This document shows positions 23,334 to 35,882 of a stretch of DNA of 64,000 nucleotides, piece by piece. Numbering within the stretch: the stretch's first letter is position 1; each line of letters starts with the position of its first letter. The DNA is from Prorocentrum cordatum (lineage: Eukaryota). The stretch is from the NCBI GenBank assembly GCA_963575745.1, contig CAUYUJ010000126.1, forward strand, positions 62,001 to 126,000, in the 5' to 3' direction. The position numbers and the translations under genes were made by a program. The notes under the pieces were generated by a model. That model saw only the letters and a list, made by a program, of their open reading frames with translations. It did not search any database and had not been told where the DNA came from.

Positions 23334-25554
23334 TGTTGTTTTTGTCGTCGTCGCCAGGACGGAACCGCTCTGGGCGCTGCAGTCCGCCGCGCTGGCGTGC
23401 CTCCTGGGGCTCTGCGTCGGGGGCGCTCCCTGGGCGGCGACGAGTAGGCGACGCCCCGTCGCGTTCGCGAGAGGGTCGGGCGGCGGCCGGTCGAGGCGGA
23501 GGGGCGAGGAGGAGGAGGAGGAGGAGGAGGAGGAGGAAGAGGAGAAGGAGGAGGAGGAAGAGGAGAAGGAGGAGGAGGAGGAGGAGGAGGAAGAGGAGGA
23601 GGAGGAGGAGGAGGAGAAGGAGGGGGAGGAGGACGAGGAGGAGGAGGAGGAGGAGGAGGAGGAGGAGGAGGAGGAGGAGGATAGGCGCACGGGAGGAGGA
23701 TGTGGAGCACCCTGAGTGTTACCAGGCGCGCACATGTGACGATGTCGTCACTTCGCTTTGCCCCTGGTGTTTGCAGTGGGGTGGGGTGCTGCGCAGATCG
23801 GAGCGTGGCCTCGGCCTGCCTTGTGATACCAGGCGCGCAAGCGTGGCCACTTTGAAATGGGTGTCAGCGGAGCGCGGCGACACTTAGATCGGACGGACAT
23901 CACATCGCCCTCCTTTCTTATTTAATCGCTTCGCTCATGCCGCCGGCCCTGGAGCCCTCTTTAGGGCCTCTTGGGGGCCTCTTGGGGACCTCTTGGGAGT
24001 CTCTTGGGGCTCCTTGGCGGCGTTTTGGAGGCCCCCAGGGCCTCTTGGGGGGCTCTTGGGGGTAGTCGATTGCGGCTCCCCCCTCGGAGGCCACGATCCT
24101 CGTGAGGGGTGTCGAAAAATACCCTCCCCTGGAGTGGTCTGGTGGCTTCTCCCGGGCTTCTCTCGGGACCTTGCCGGGGTACTTTTCGTCCGGGGGCCCC
24201 CAGGGGCCGCTCCGCGCGCGCGAACTAGAAATATTGTTAACAAGTTACCGGAGATCTTAGCACGCCTCTGGCCCGTTGGGCCGGCGAATTCTTCTTCATC
24301 CTCTTCGTCTTCCTCGTCCTCCTCCTCCATGTGAGGTCCTCGGCGGCCCTCCAGTGGCCGGACGGAGTCCTCCATCACGGCCTTTTGGAACCCGCAGCGC
24401 ATGCGCAGGAGGAGGGGAGGGTTTTAGGGGAGCGCTCGCATGGGCAGCGCTAGACGTGCGCGCAAGTGCAGGGCACAGATTAGGGGGAGGACCAGCACCC
24501 CCCCCTCCTCCTCCGCCCGCCTCCGCCTCCTCCGCCCCCTTCTCCCCCTCCTCCTCCTCCTCCTCCTCCTCCACCACCTCCTCCTCCACCACCTCCTCTC
24601 CTCCACCTCATCCTCGACCTCCTTCCCTCCACCACCTACTCTTCTAGGGCCCACACACACCCCTCCTCCTCCTCTTCCTCCTCCTCCTCCTCCGCCTCCT
24701 CCTCCTCTCCTCGACCTTCTCCTCCACCTCCTCTCCTCCTCCACCTCCTCCTCCTTCAGGGCCCAGAACCCCGCCCTCCTCCTCCTGCCCCTCCTCCCCC
24801 CGGTCGAGGCAGTCGGCCTTCGCGGCGGGCCTCGCGGCGGGGGCCTGGGCCGCCGTGGCCGCCATGCAGGTGCAGGTCTACAAGTCGATGGCGGTGGCTG
24901 AGGACCCCCCACCGGGAGCAAGGGGGGCCCCGGAGCCCCCCCCACTTTCAGGGAGGAGGAGGAGGAGGAGGAGGAGGAGGAGGAGGAGGAGGAGGAGGAG
25001 GAGGAGGAGGAGGAGTAGGAGGAGCTACCCATACAGCCCCCTTGTCTTGTTTTCGCCGTTTCGGGCCTACTCTGGGAGGCCCTCGTCGCCGCCGCCGGAT
25101 TCCGCCGCGAAGTTCTGGTCAGAAGGCACCCCAGGAGAGTCAGATGAGTTGCAGAGGAGGGCCCTCCGTGGAGGAGGAGAAACATGCTTTAGGGTGGTCA
25201 GTGTCTTTTGTTGGGGCCCCACGGCGCTCTGGGACGGTCTTGCAGAGGGATGGCGACGTTTCTGATGGGGTAATGGTGATGGCGGTCATGGTGGTGGCGA
25301 AGTTGATGCCGATGTTGATGCCATGGATGATTCGGCGATGATGGAGTTGTTGACGCCAGTATCATAGCCACAATGATCTTCACGTTGGTGCTGGCGATGG
25401 TGCTTCCGATGGTGACGGTGACAATGAGGAGGAGGGTGCGGAGGAGGTGGAGGTGGTACACCAAGACGTGACAGCTCTCGCAAGCCAACGCTTGTCCGAC
25501 GTAAGCAATATTCAGGTGGTAAGTGCTGTTCCCGCCCAGATCCTGACAATAAAC

Positions 25555-26108
<554 letters not shown>

Positions 26109-27189
26109 CGCCGAGGGCCCCCGGAGGCCTCCAGAGGCCTCCAGAGGTCCGACAGGGGCCAGAAGCTCCCGAACACCGGCCGCCCCTCGACCTTCCAGGG
26201 CCGAGGGCCAAATGTTGGGCAGGAGCTCCCCCCGATCCCTGGGCGGAGTCCGCGTCGCTGTCTCCTCGTGGCGGCCCCCCAGCAGGACTCCGGCCGGCGC
26301 TGGTTCCACTTCACGCGGCGGAGGTCCAATAAGCTGAGGCTCAGCTTCAAGTTTAAGTCCCGCCACCCCATCTGGGAGGGCCGAGGGGCGGCCCTCAGTG
26401 GGAGGAGGAGGAGGAGGAGGAGGAGGAGGAGGAGGGGGAGGAGGAGGAGGAGGAGGAGGAGGAGGAGGAGGAGGAGGAGGAGGAGGAGGAGGAGGAGGGA
26501 GGAGGTGAAGGAGGAGGAGGAGGAGGAGGAGGAGGAGGAGGAGGAGGAGGAGGAGGGTTAGGAGGGTTAGGAGGAGGAGGAGAAGGAGGAGGAGGAGGAG
26601 GAGGGTGAGCAGGGGGAGGTGGGGAGGGGCAGGGAGAGGGAGAGGTGGAGGAGCAGGAGGAGGGAGGTTGTGAGGAGGAGAAGGATGGGCTTCGAGTCGG
26701 AGGGCCCAGGCTTCTCCCGCTGAGGTGTCCTCCTTGGGCCTCCGGGCGTCCTGTGCGTCGTGCTGGCGTTCGCCGGCGTAGGCGCGTTTACGTATACGAT
26801 AGCCATTGCGATTGCGTCAAGGGCGATTGCTTCTTACATTGCTTCAACGTCCAAGACGTGACGGCGTGAACTTTTAATTAGATGGCTGGCGCGGCTCGGC
26901 CGGCTCTGTCGAGTCACACTGTTTCAAGCCGGTTCCAGATATGTGGGCCATCAGACTCTTGCGCGGGATCCACATTGCAGTCGTTGTCGAGTGTCAGCGA
27001 GAGGTGTGCCTCATTTTGCACAGGCGTCGATGGTCGCAGTCGCCCCAAGCCGTTGCGCAAGGTACACGCTCATCAAGGGTTGGCCTCGCCTCCCTGGGGT
27101 GGCAAGCACGGTTGCATGCTTCCAAAGTCGCTCGCGGCCGAACTCAGCAGTGATCCAGATTCTGGTGTGCATAGCCGATACCCGCGCGC

Positions 27190-28030
27190 GTGCGACACAG
27201 ACACACACAGACACACAGACACACAGACACACAGACTGACAGACACACAGACACACAGACACGGAGACACACAAACATACACACGCACAAATGTACAAAC
27301 GCACACGCACACACACACAAACACGCAAACAAGAAACCACAAACGCACACAATCACACACAAACGCGCAAGCACACATATTCACAAACAAACACACAAGC
27401 ACAAACACACCTACAGACACACACGCAGGCACACATACAAGCATACTCACAAACACAAACACAAACACAAGCACAACACACAAACACAAGCACACGCTCA
27501 CGCACAAGCACAAGCACAAACACACACACACACACACGCAACTTCAAGCACACATACAAACATAATCGCAGGCACAAACACAAACGCAAAGTTAAGCACA
27601 CACGCAAACACACACAAGCACAAACACAAGCAGGAACGCAGACACAAACACAAACACTAACACAATCACACACAAACACAAACACAAGCACAGACACATG
27701 CAAGCACAAACACTAACACAAACACTAACACTAACACAAACACAAGCACACGCACAAGCACAAGCACAAGCACACGCACCAGCACAAGCACAAGCACAAG
27801 CACAAACGCAATCACAAACACAAACACAAACACAAGCACACACAAGCACACGCACACGCGCAAACAGACACGCACGCGCAAACAGACACGCACAAACAGA
27901 CACACGGACACACAGACACAACGAGCATCGTGGATATATATATATATATACACATAATTATATGTGTAAATACATATATGTGTATATATATATATATGTA
28001 TACACATATATACATATATACATATATACA
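27190..28030. repeat. Degenerate (CA)n/(CACAAA)n tract followed by a (TA)n-rich tract
   Basis: Visible simple repeats. Confidence 0.95.
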
Positions 28031-28194
28031 CATGCGTACGCATGTAAGGGGGGGGGTCCAGTTTTGGGGGCCCCGTGCCGGCCCCCCCTTGTATTCAGGT
28101 GCTGCTTCTTCCCGGGACCCCCCCGGGCATCCCCCGGAGGTCCCAGAGAGCCTGGGAATTGTCCAAGACTGCCCAAGATAGCCTGCGATTAGCC

Positions 28195-28650
28195 CTCAAG
28201 GCGCCGAAAAGCGCCCCACAAGAGCTCCAAGACGGCCCCAGATGACACCGCGACAGCCCTAAGGCGCCCCAAGACGCCCCAAGAGTCCCCCCAAGAGGGC
28301 CCCAAGAAGCAAAAACCGTCCCACTCCCTTGGGAAAACGTATATGTTTAGCATATTCGCTTCTTGGGCTTTCACAGCGTCCACGACGGTCCAAGAAGCTA
28401 CCAAGATTGCCCATGAGGCCCCTAGAGAGCTCCAGGATGGCCTAAAAAGGGCCCAAGACGGCCCAGAAGACCCCCTAAGATGGCCCCAGAACCCCAGGAC
28501 AGGCCAAAGAGGGGTGCCAGAGGGGAAAGCCAAGTTCAAATTGAGAGCCTTGGCCCCAAGAGGCCCCAGGAGGCCCCAAGAGGCCCCTACGGGGCCCCAA
28601 GAGGCCCCAAAGGGGCCCCCAGGGGACCTCCAAGAGGCCCCAAACGGGCC
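28195..28650 (+). repeat. Dispersed repeat built of GCCCCAAGA-like units; inverted homologues at ~55075-55620 and ~23950-24060
   Basis: Recurrent GGCCCCAAGA units. The unique core CCCAAGA.GCAAAAA.. aligns with the reverse complement of 55340-55450. Confidence 0.75.
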
Positions 28651-28959
28651 TCTGGTATACTTCCCAAGAAACCCCCATATACATCCCAGAGTCCTCTGGT
28701 CCACAACCTGGGCCCGTTCCTGGGGCGCCGCCTGATCAGCACAGGTTTTGTTTCTATATGTATGTATGTGTATGGATATACGTACGCATGTATTTTTGCA
28801 TGCGCAATTGTATGCCCGTTTCATGTATGTGCGCATGTAAGAGGAAAGAAATTCACTTGGCCTGGCGAAGGGCCCGCCACTATGCAGCTGCGTGTAGCGC
28901 AGGGCGCGGCTCTCTCTTCCAATGCTGCTCGACGCGGGGTAGACTGGATGGAGGGCCGC

Positions 28960-29345
28960 TGCGGAGCTAGCGCGCCTAGGCACGCTGAGCTCCTTGTGGG
29001 GCGCGATCCGCCTGAAGGGGGTGGCCGCCGAGCGAGCGTGCCCACTGAGGCCATAGGTGGAGCTCCTTGTGGAGCGCGATCCGCGTGTAGCGGCGCCGAA
29101 ACGGACGCGGGGACGCCATGCGACATTGCCCATGTGTGAAGATCCTTGCGGGGTACTGTCCGCGTCAGGGGTGTGCCGAAATGTGCGGAGGGGCACCATG
29201 CGACCGCTCCTGTTGGAGCCGTCGGTGGAGCTCCCGATGGGGTGCGATCCATGTGAGGGGTGTGTCGAAATGGGCGTGAAGACGCCATGCGAACCTTCTC
29301 TATGTGGCCGTATGTGGAGCTTCCTTTGGGCCACGATCCCTGCCA
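28960..29345 (+). repeat. Degenerate tandem repeat (GGAGCTCCTTGTGGGGCGCGATCC motif)
   Basis: Motif recurs at ~28987, 29059, 29227 and 29316. Confidence 0.7.
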
Positions 29346-29880
29346 GGGCCTTGGAACACAGCTGCCCATATGTTCCGGGAGACCTCTCTTGGAACATCCG
29401 GGCGGAGGAGAAGGAGGAGAAGGAGGAGGAGGAGGAGAAGGAGTCGCTGCAAACGGAGGAGAGGAGGAGGAGAAGCAGGACATGGGACAAAAGGAGAAGG
29501 CGGATAAGGAGGAGGATCAGCAGGAGAAAGAGGCGGAGGAGGACGAAGAGGAGTGACAATGGAGTAACGAGGATGAGGGAATGAGGATGGAGGCCAGGAG
29601 CAGGAGAGGGAGCACGAGGACGAGGACGAGGAGGCGGATGAGGAGAAGGACGATGACGAGGGACGGGGAGGGGGAGGAGGCCGAGGCGGATGAAGACTTC
29701 TGCAGCGCCCACATGCTGCGGACTTCGCACTGCCGCCGACCAGACGCGCGAAAACGAGAGCCGTAAAACGTGGCGCAGCTGTTACTAGAACCTGAGAGCG
29801 CGCGCAGCGCGCGTGGTTTTCTAGTATTAAAACACCATGTAGACATATACAACTTTATGTGTACACATCAGCTGTGCTGC

Positions 29881-29916
<36 letters not shown>

Positions 29917-30127
29917 ACACACCTATACATCGACACACGTATACATGTACACATTCAGATGGGTATGCTGGGCTTCCCCCTGGTCTGATGGCCGGTCGTG
30001 GGGGCGCCTCGTGGGGCGCTCCGTTCGCCGGGTGGGTGTGTCCGGTCTTTTTCGCCTGGCGGCCGGGGTGGTGGTCGCCCGCGGCAGCGGGCGGCGGCCC
30101 GCGCGCTGCGTGGGGGCGCTGGTGTTT

Positions 30128-30257
30128 TGCTCGGGATCTTGAGTGATTCGGACGCCATCAAGTCATGACATGCCCGCTGGCCCTTTTGTTCGAGCTGCGT
30201 TGGAGGAAAAAGAGCCCCAATATACGCTTTCCGCACGCATCCGCGTAACTTCCTCCA
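30128..30257 (+). repeat. Copia 5' LTR (130 bp)
   Basis: About 8 substitutions and one small indel versus 35566-35693. Confidence 0.96.
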
Positions 30258-30276
30258 TGGTAGCGGAGCGTGGTTT
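30258..30276 (+). promoter_or_regulatory. Primer binding site for initiator tRNA-Met
   Basis: TGGTAGCGGAGCGTGGTTT directly after the LTR; it resembles the canonical TGGTA(G/T)CAGAGC Copia PBS. Confidence 0.9.
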
Positions 30277-30330
30277 TGCGGTGAACTACGCAGATCAGAT
30301 CCACGGGAAGACTGAGGACGTGCGCAGCCC

Positions 30331-31350
30331 ATGGCAGCGGTGCCCAGGGTTGCAGAGGCGACATCCAGCTGCCAGAGTTTAGTGGCAGAGATGAGGACTG
30401 GCCCAGCTGGTCCATCAAGGCCCACGCGTTCTTCGCGCTGATGGGTTGGGATGACCTCATCGGCAACGTTGAGGCCCAGCCAGCGCCCGCGGTGGACAAC
30501 GTCAGTATGGGCGAACGCGCGGCAGCGACGAGCAAGCTGCTGCATGCCATGCTGATCACCAAGACAGCGCAAGGCGCTGGCGATGGTCACGCTTGCAGGC
30601 ATGCACGAGGGTTTCGTTGCCTGGCGGGCGATCAGGAACGAGTACGCCCCTGGGGTGGGCAACAGGTTCGCAGCCATGCTCAGCGGCCTGCCCAACCCCA
30701 GGTGGGACGACCAAAAGCCGTTCGCTGACCAGCTCGTTGACTGGGACAACGAAGTGGCTAGGTACGTCATGCAGGCGGGGAAGGATTTCGGCGATGAGTT
30801 TCGCATCGCCACGCTGCTCTTCCATGGCCCCGAGCCGTGCAAGACCGTGCTACGCGACGCTCCGACGGCCGCCAAGGTCTCGCACATGGCACTGAGGACC
30901 CACCTGAGAGTGGATGGCGTCTGGACAGGTCTTCGCAGCTAGCGGCGCGGTGAACCAAGGCGCGGCGCCGATGGAGATCGGTGCGATCTCGGGCCTTGCC
31001 CTGCCGCAACAGCCATGGCCCAAGCGCGACGGCGACAAGTCGGGGGGCGGCAAGGGTTACAAGACGGGCGGCAAGGGCGACAAGGGCGGAACAGGCAGCA
31101 AGAAGGGAGTCAATAATGACAAATTCAAGGGCAGCTACCCCGCCAAGTTCGAGGGGGCCTGCGACTGGCACCAGAAGCAGGGGCACGCGGAGAATGACTG
31201 CTGGCAAAAGGCGGCTGGCAAGCCACGCGCGCCGTCGGCAGCGCCCCCGAAGGCGGCTGCAGCCCAGCAGGCCCCTGCGGGCGCTGAGGGCCAGAGGGCC
31301 GTGAGCGCGGCGGCCGCGGGCCCTGGCGGCGACGAGGTTGGCTGGGTCTT
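30331..31350 (+). pseudogene. Copia gag (frameshifted)
   Basis: FSGRDEDWPSWS, GFVAWRAIRNEYAP, APMEIG and the degenerate zinc knuckle CDWHQKQGHAENDC. Confidence 0.88.
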
Positions 31351-31745
31351 TGGGGTTCCGCGCGCCGTGGGCCCCGCGACGGGCGAGCGGGCGGGCGCGA
31401 AGCTAGTTGGCAATGCGTTCTACTTCGCTGCGCAGATCCACGACGCGATGGGCGAAACCAAGCGCGCAGCCTGCCCCGCCAGGGTCGCCGCAGCTGGTGC
31501 CGCGCGAGCTCCGTGGGGGGGCGGTGCGAGGAGATGGCCCTCCGCCGCGCCCAGAAGCTCGAGGGTCGCGTGACCCAGCACCGCCAGAGGCAGGACCTGC
31601 GCCACCACGGGCGCAGGAGGCGGCGGCGCCGCCCTAGGCGCAGGAGGCGGCGGCGCCCGCGCAGGGTCAGGAGGCACCTGCGGCGGCGCAGCCGCCGGGG
31701 CGGCCATGCCTCGAGGGACTCGGGCCAAGCTCGACAATCGACGCC

Positions 31746-32860
31746 ATGCAGAAGCGCCTCGAGGAGATCTACGCCCCGTACTACGGGGCCAAGGCCCAGT
31801 GCTGGGCACGGCTCGTCGAGTGCGAGGACAGACGCAAGGTGCGGGCGGCGACGGGTGACTTCCGCGAGCTGAGTCGCGAGGAAATGAGGCGTCAGGCGGA
31901 GTCGGGGCAGGCGCTGAAACCAACCGCGTTCCCCGACGTCGGCGAGCCGACGCCGGGGGAGAGACAGCGCCACGAGGAGAACCAGCACTGCCCACCGCGG
32001 CGCTGGTGTGAGCACTGTCAGATGGGACGTGGGCGTGACAGGCCCCGCGAGTTGCTGGGCGCGGAGGTGGAACGCCTTCCCGTGATCGGGCTCGACCTGG
32101 CGTTCTTCAAGGGCGAGGCGGCCGACGCCGTGGAGGCGGGCCCCCGCGCCGGGGATGGCCAGAGACAGGGCGATGAGGTGGTGCCGGCGGTCGCGGATGC
32201 CGACGCGGGCGCCATGGGGAGCGCCCCGAAGTCTGACCGACGCGCCGATCCCTACACGGCGGCAGCCGCGGTGGCGTTCATCAAGGGCCCGTTCCATCAG
32301 AAGGTCATCCTACGGCCAGACCACGAGGACGCCATGATGGACATGGCCAACCAGGTCGAGGCAGATCTGCCCAATCGTGCGGTCGCAAGACCCGCCCCTA
32401 CGTTCAGCTCCCAGTCGGGCCCCTCCGAGAACGCCAGTGGCATCATCCAGGCGCAGTTCCGCGCGAGCAGGGGCGCGCTGGAGGCACGATTGGGAGCCAG
32501 GGTCCGACCGGGCACGTGGGTGCGCGCCAACCTGAGGATCAAGGCGAGCGGTCGCGCCGCCCATGATGACCTCTACGGCCGCGCCTGCGCCAGGGAGATG
32601 GCCGCCCCGGGGGGGTCCGTCCTGGCGCGCCTCCCCAGGGGCAAGAATCGCACGGCGAGAGGCAAGGTGCACCACAAGGGTGACATGGGCTTCGCGAGGC
32701 CAGTCTGGCTAGGGGCTAGGGAAGAGCGACGACAGCGACGAGCACATATGCGCCCTCGAGACGGGTGAGTTGGTCACGACGAGGACCGTCAAGAGGCTGC
32801 CCGGAGAGCGGAGGTTCAACCGCACCGCCGTGGCGGCGATCACGCACATGCCATGGCAAC
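31746..32860 (+). pseudogene. Copia integrase
   Basis: HHCC motif HEENQHCPPRRWCEHC, then IGLD, ILRPDHE, PSENA and VWLG. Confidence 0.9.
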
Positions 32861-33329
32861 GCCGAGGGCAGGGCGCGGCCCCGCGCGGGGTCGAGCCGAT
32901 CGTTGCGCCCGCTGCCGCTGCGGACGCCGACCTGGCGGCGCAAGAAGCAGCTGAGGCACGGCTAGACCCGAACACTGCAGGCCAGTCCACTGGGGCCGCC
33001 CACGGCGGCGGGCCAGCATCCCAGGCGGGCGCGCCCATGGCGGCGCCCTCGGCCGACGCGTCGGGCGGCGCCGAGGCGCCTGCTGAGGACAGGCAGGCGG
33101 GGCCAGCGACGCAGACGTCGGCTGGAGGCGGCGCTTGGGGCGACACCCCCATTGCGCCGAGGGCCGCAGCACCAGCGAGTGCACCTCCGCAGACGCCCCC
33201 GATAGGTCGATCGCCGAAGCGACCCGCGGAGGAGGGTGACAACCGAGGCGCTCTTGCGAGGTTCCGAGTCAGCGGAGTAGCGGCTGAGCACTGTGATGAC
33301 GTTCGGCCTGACTTCTTGCAGATCCCCAG

Positions 33330-34850
33330 GGACATGGATGTTCCTGACCCCCAGGATGCGTCGGACTCGCAGTTGGTCGAGGCTTCCACCAAGCGGGCCC
33401 TCGACGGCCTGAAGCAGCACGGGGTGGGCAAGCTCGTCAAACGGAGCGAGGCCGCCGGCGAGAGGATCAGCGCCCGCTGGCACCACGTCTACAAGTGGGG
33501 CGCGAACCTCGGTTGCAGGATCGCTAAGTCAAGGTGCGTCGCGCGAAAGTTCAAGTGGCAGGAGCGCCGCGACGACCTCTTCGCGCCCGGGGGCAGCATG
33601 GCCGACAGCCGAGTGGTGGACTATGTGGCTCTGAAGCACGGATGGCCCACCTTCACCGTGGACGCGGAGGACGCGCGTTACCATGTCCCCGAGGAGGAGG
33701 ACGCGTGGGTCGAGTGCACACCCGAAGTCCTGGAAGAGTGCCGCGCGAAGGGCGACACTGAGGACTGCGCTTGGCAGCTCGCGAAGCAGTTGCCAGGGCG
33801 GCGTGCTGGAGGGAAGCGCTGGGTCGAGTTCGCCGCGGAGCAGCTCATGGCCAGGGGTTTCGAGCGGTCGCCGGCCGCGCCCCAGTTCTTCTGGCGCGCC
33901 GAGCTCCCATGTCTGGTGAAGCTGCACATTGGCGACATGCGCGGCACAGCGCCTGGAGTCGCAGGGTCCGACTTCGTGCTGGACCTGGGCCGTGACATCA
34001 AGGTGAAGAGGTCAGGCCTACAGGGCCACGGTGCCGACGCTACCTACATTCAGCCCAACGAGAAGTACCTCGCGAAGGCGCTGGGGGCGCTGGGCCAGGC
34101 GGGGGGCAACCCGTGCGCCACCCCAGGGGTGGGGGCGCGCAGGACAGGCAGGGGTGACGCGCCCGACCTCAGCCCAGACGGGGCTAAGCTGTTCAGGAGC
34201 GTGACCGCGTGCCTGCTGTTCTACTTGCACGACCGTGAAGACGCTCAGTTCGGCATCAACCGCCTGACCTCGTACATCTCTTCGCCCCGCGAGGCGGGCA
34301 TGCGAGCCCTCAAGAGGCTGGCAAGGTACTTGAAGGGCACGAGGGGCCTGGGCGTGAGGATGGCCAAGCCCATCACGCCGCGGGACATCGTCGACCTGGT
34401 CGCGTGGACAGACTCCGACTGGGCGGGCGACGCGAAGGGGCGGAAGAACCAGACCAGCGCGCACATCACCGCGCGTGGGTGTCCGATGCTCGGGATCAGC
34501 TGTCGCCGAGACGCGCGGCCCCTTAGCAGCTGCGAAGCCGAGTGGCTCGCTGGAGCTCGAGGTCTCAGCGAGGGACTTGGGCTGAAGGCGCTCTTCGCGC
34601 TCATGGGCTACAGCGTGCGCGTGAGGTGGCGGTGCGACAGCTCGAGCGCGAGAGCGCTGGCGGGGCGTCAGGGCACTGGGCGGTTCAAGCACCTTGCCGC
34701 CAAGACGCTTTGGATTCAGCAGTTGGTGGCCAAGAAGGCAACACCATCGAGCCTGTAGCTGGCGACGACAACCTGGTGGACCTCGGCGCAAAGGCATTGC
34801 CGAGGACACGCCTCGAGTGGCTCCGCGAGAGCTGCGGTTTGAAGGAGGTG
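33330..34850 (+). pseudogene. Copia reverse transcriptase and RNase H (degenerate)
   Basis: ISARW, KSRCVARKF, TVDAEDA, LPGRRAG, LHIGDM (HVDD mutated), WTDSDWAGD, LSSCEAE, RCDSSSA, KHL and, after a frameshift, DNLVDLGAK. Confidence 0.93.
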
Positions 34851-35565
34851 CCCGTGCCAGGGGCCTCGAGGGTAGCTGGAGTCGTGGCCATGCCGGCCGA
34901 CTTCCAGGCCCAGTCGAACCTGCTGACGGTGTTGCTTGCAGAGGCCGCGTCGCCCCCCGCAGCGGTGCAGGGATGCTCGACCGAGCTGTGCGAGGCACCG
35001 CAGGAGATGAACGAGAGTGCGCTGACTCCAGTGGCCATGCCAGGAGTCACGACTGAGGGCTACTACGTGAGCCTGACTGTGCTGGTGGCGGGCGTGAGCC
35101 TAGGGCTCCTGCTTGCTTTTGCGAGGGTTTTCCTTGATTAGCTGGTTCTGTCCGCGTGTGAGGCCGAGTTGGTGCCGCGCGGGTGCCCTGCCGCGCGGTG
35201 GCGACGGCGGGCGGCCACGTCGTGCTCCGATCGAGGGGTCGAGCGAGCCGGCAGTGAAGCTCAAGGCTGGGAAGGGCGACCGCAGAAGGACGTTTGCCAC
35301 CCATAGCCAGGTCAAGTAGACCTAATGGACGACCAGCCCCTGTTTCCAGCATTTGGGACCGAGAGAACAGGGGGTGTGGTCCGAGTGGGGCCTTGAGCTG
35401 CGCACTGTTTAAATGCGCCATGGGCGCGAGTCTAGACCTCCGCGACTTTGCGTCGAGGCACTGCGGTCTTAGTTTCACTTTCTAGGACCCTGGAGGGAGT
35501 AGTGACCCGAGGGGTGTCCGAGGAGGAGCGGGCTCACCACCCGCCCCCCGCTCGGCCAGGCGGCG

Positions 35566-35693
35566 TGCTCGGGATCTTGAGTGATTCGGACGCCATCAAG
35601 TCATGACATGCCCGCAGGCCGTTTTGTTCGAGCTGCGCTGGAGGAAAAAAACCCAAGATACGCGTTCCCCACGCATCCGCGTAACTTCCGCCA
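35566..35693 (+). repeat. Copia 3' LTR (128 bp)
   Basis: Copy of the 5' LTR, followed by the TSD. Confidence 0.96.
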
Positions 35694-35741
35694 TGTTTCG
35701 CGTGGTGCTTCGCGTGGTCCCTCCGAGGGCAGGAAACGGTG

Positions 35742-35882
35742 CCCATACCTCTACCCTTCGCCCGTTTTCCCCTTTTTTGGGCCTCCTCGGAGGCCCTCGT
35801 CGCCACCGATGGATTCGCTTCGAAATCCTTTTCAGAACGCACCCCAGGAGAGGTCCGGGGAGTGGCGGTATCGGTACCTTTT
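35742..35882 (+). repeat. Dispersed repeat; copies at ~37183-37322 and partially ~25070-25140
   Basis: Shared GGAGGCCCTCGTCGCCACCG.TGGATTCGC.TCGAAATCC..GGAGAGGTC..GCGGTATCGGTACCTTT. Confidence 0.8.

Larger units (their letters stand above)
30128..35693 (+). mobile_element. Full-length degenerate Ty1/Copia LTR retrotransposon
   Basis: Two TG..CA LTRs, a perfect 5 bp TSD TGTTT (30123-30127, 35694-35698), a PBS, and gag-IN-RT-RH domain order. Confidence 0.97.

Noticed and set aside
25185..25250. VVSVF / SVSFVGAPRRSG as the GTPase P-loop exon
   Set aside because: There is no GKS/T, and the frames do not give a coherent G1 motif.
26720..27190. Unique sequence with a hydrophobic frame (VLCVVLAFAGVGAFTY) as a possible exon
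   Set aside because: No recognisable family and no supported splice partners.
28189..29730. 513 aa minus-strand ORF
   Set aside because: It runs through several unrelated repeats and is a chance open frame.
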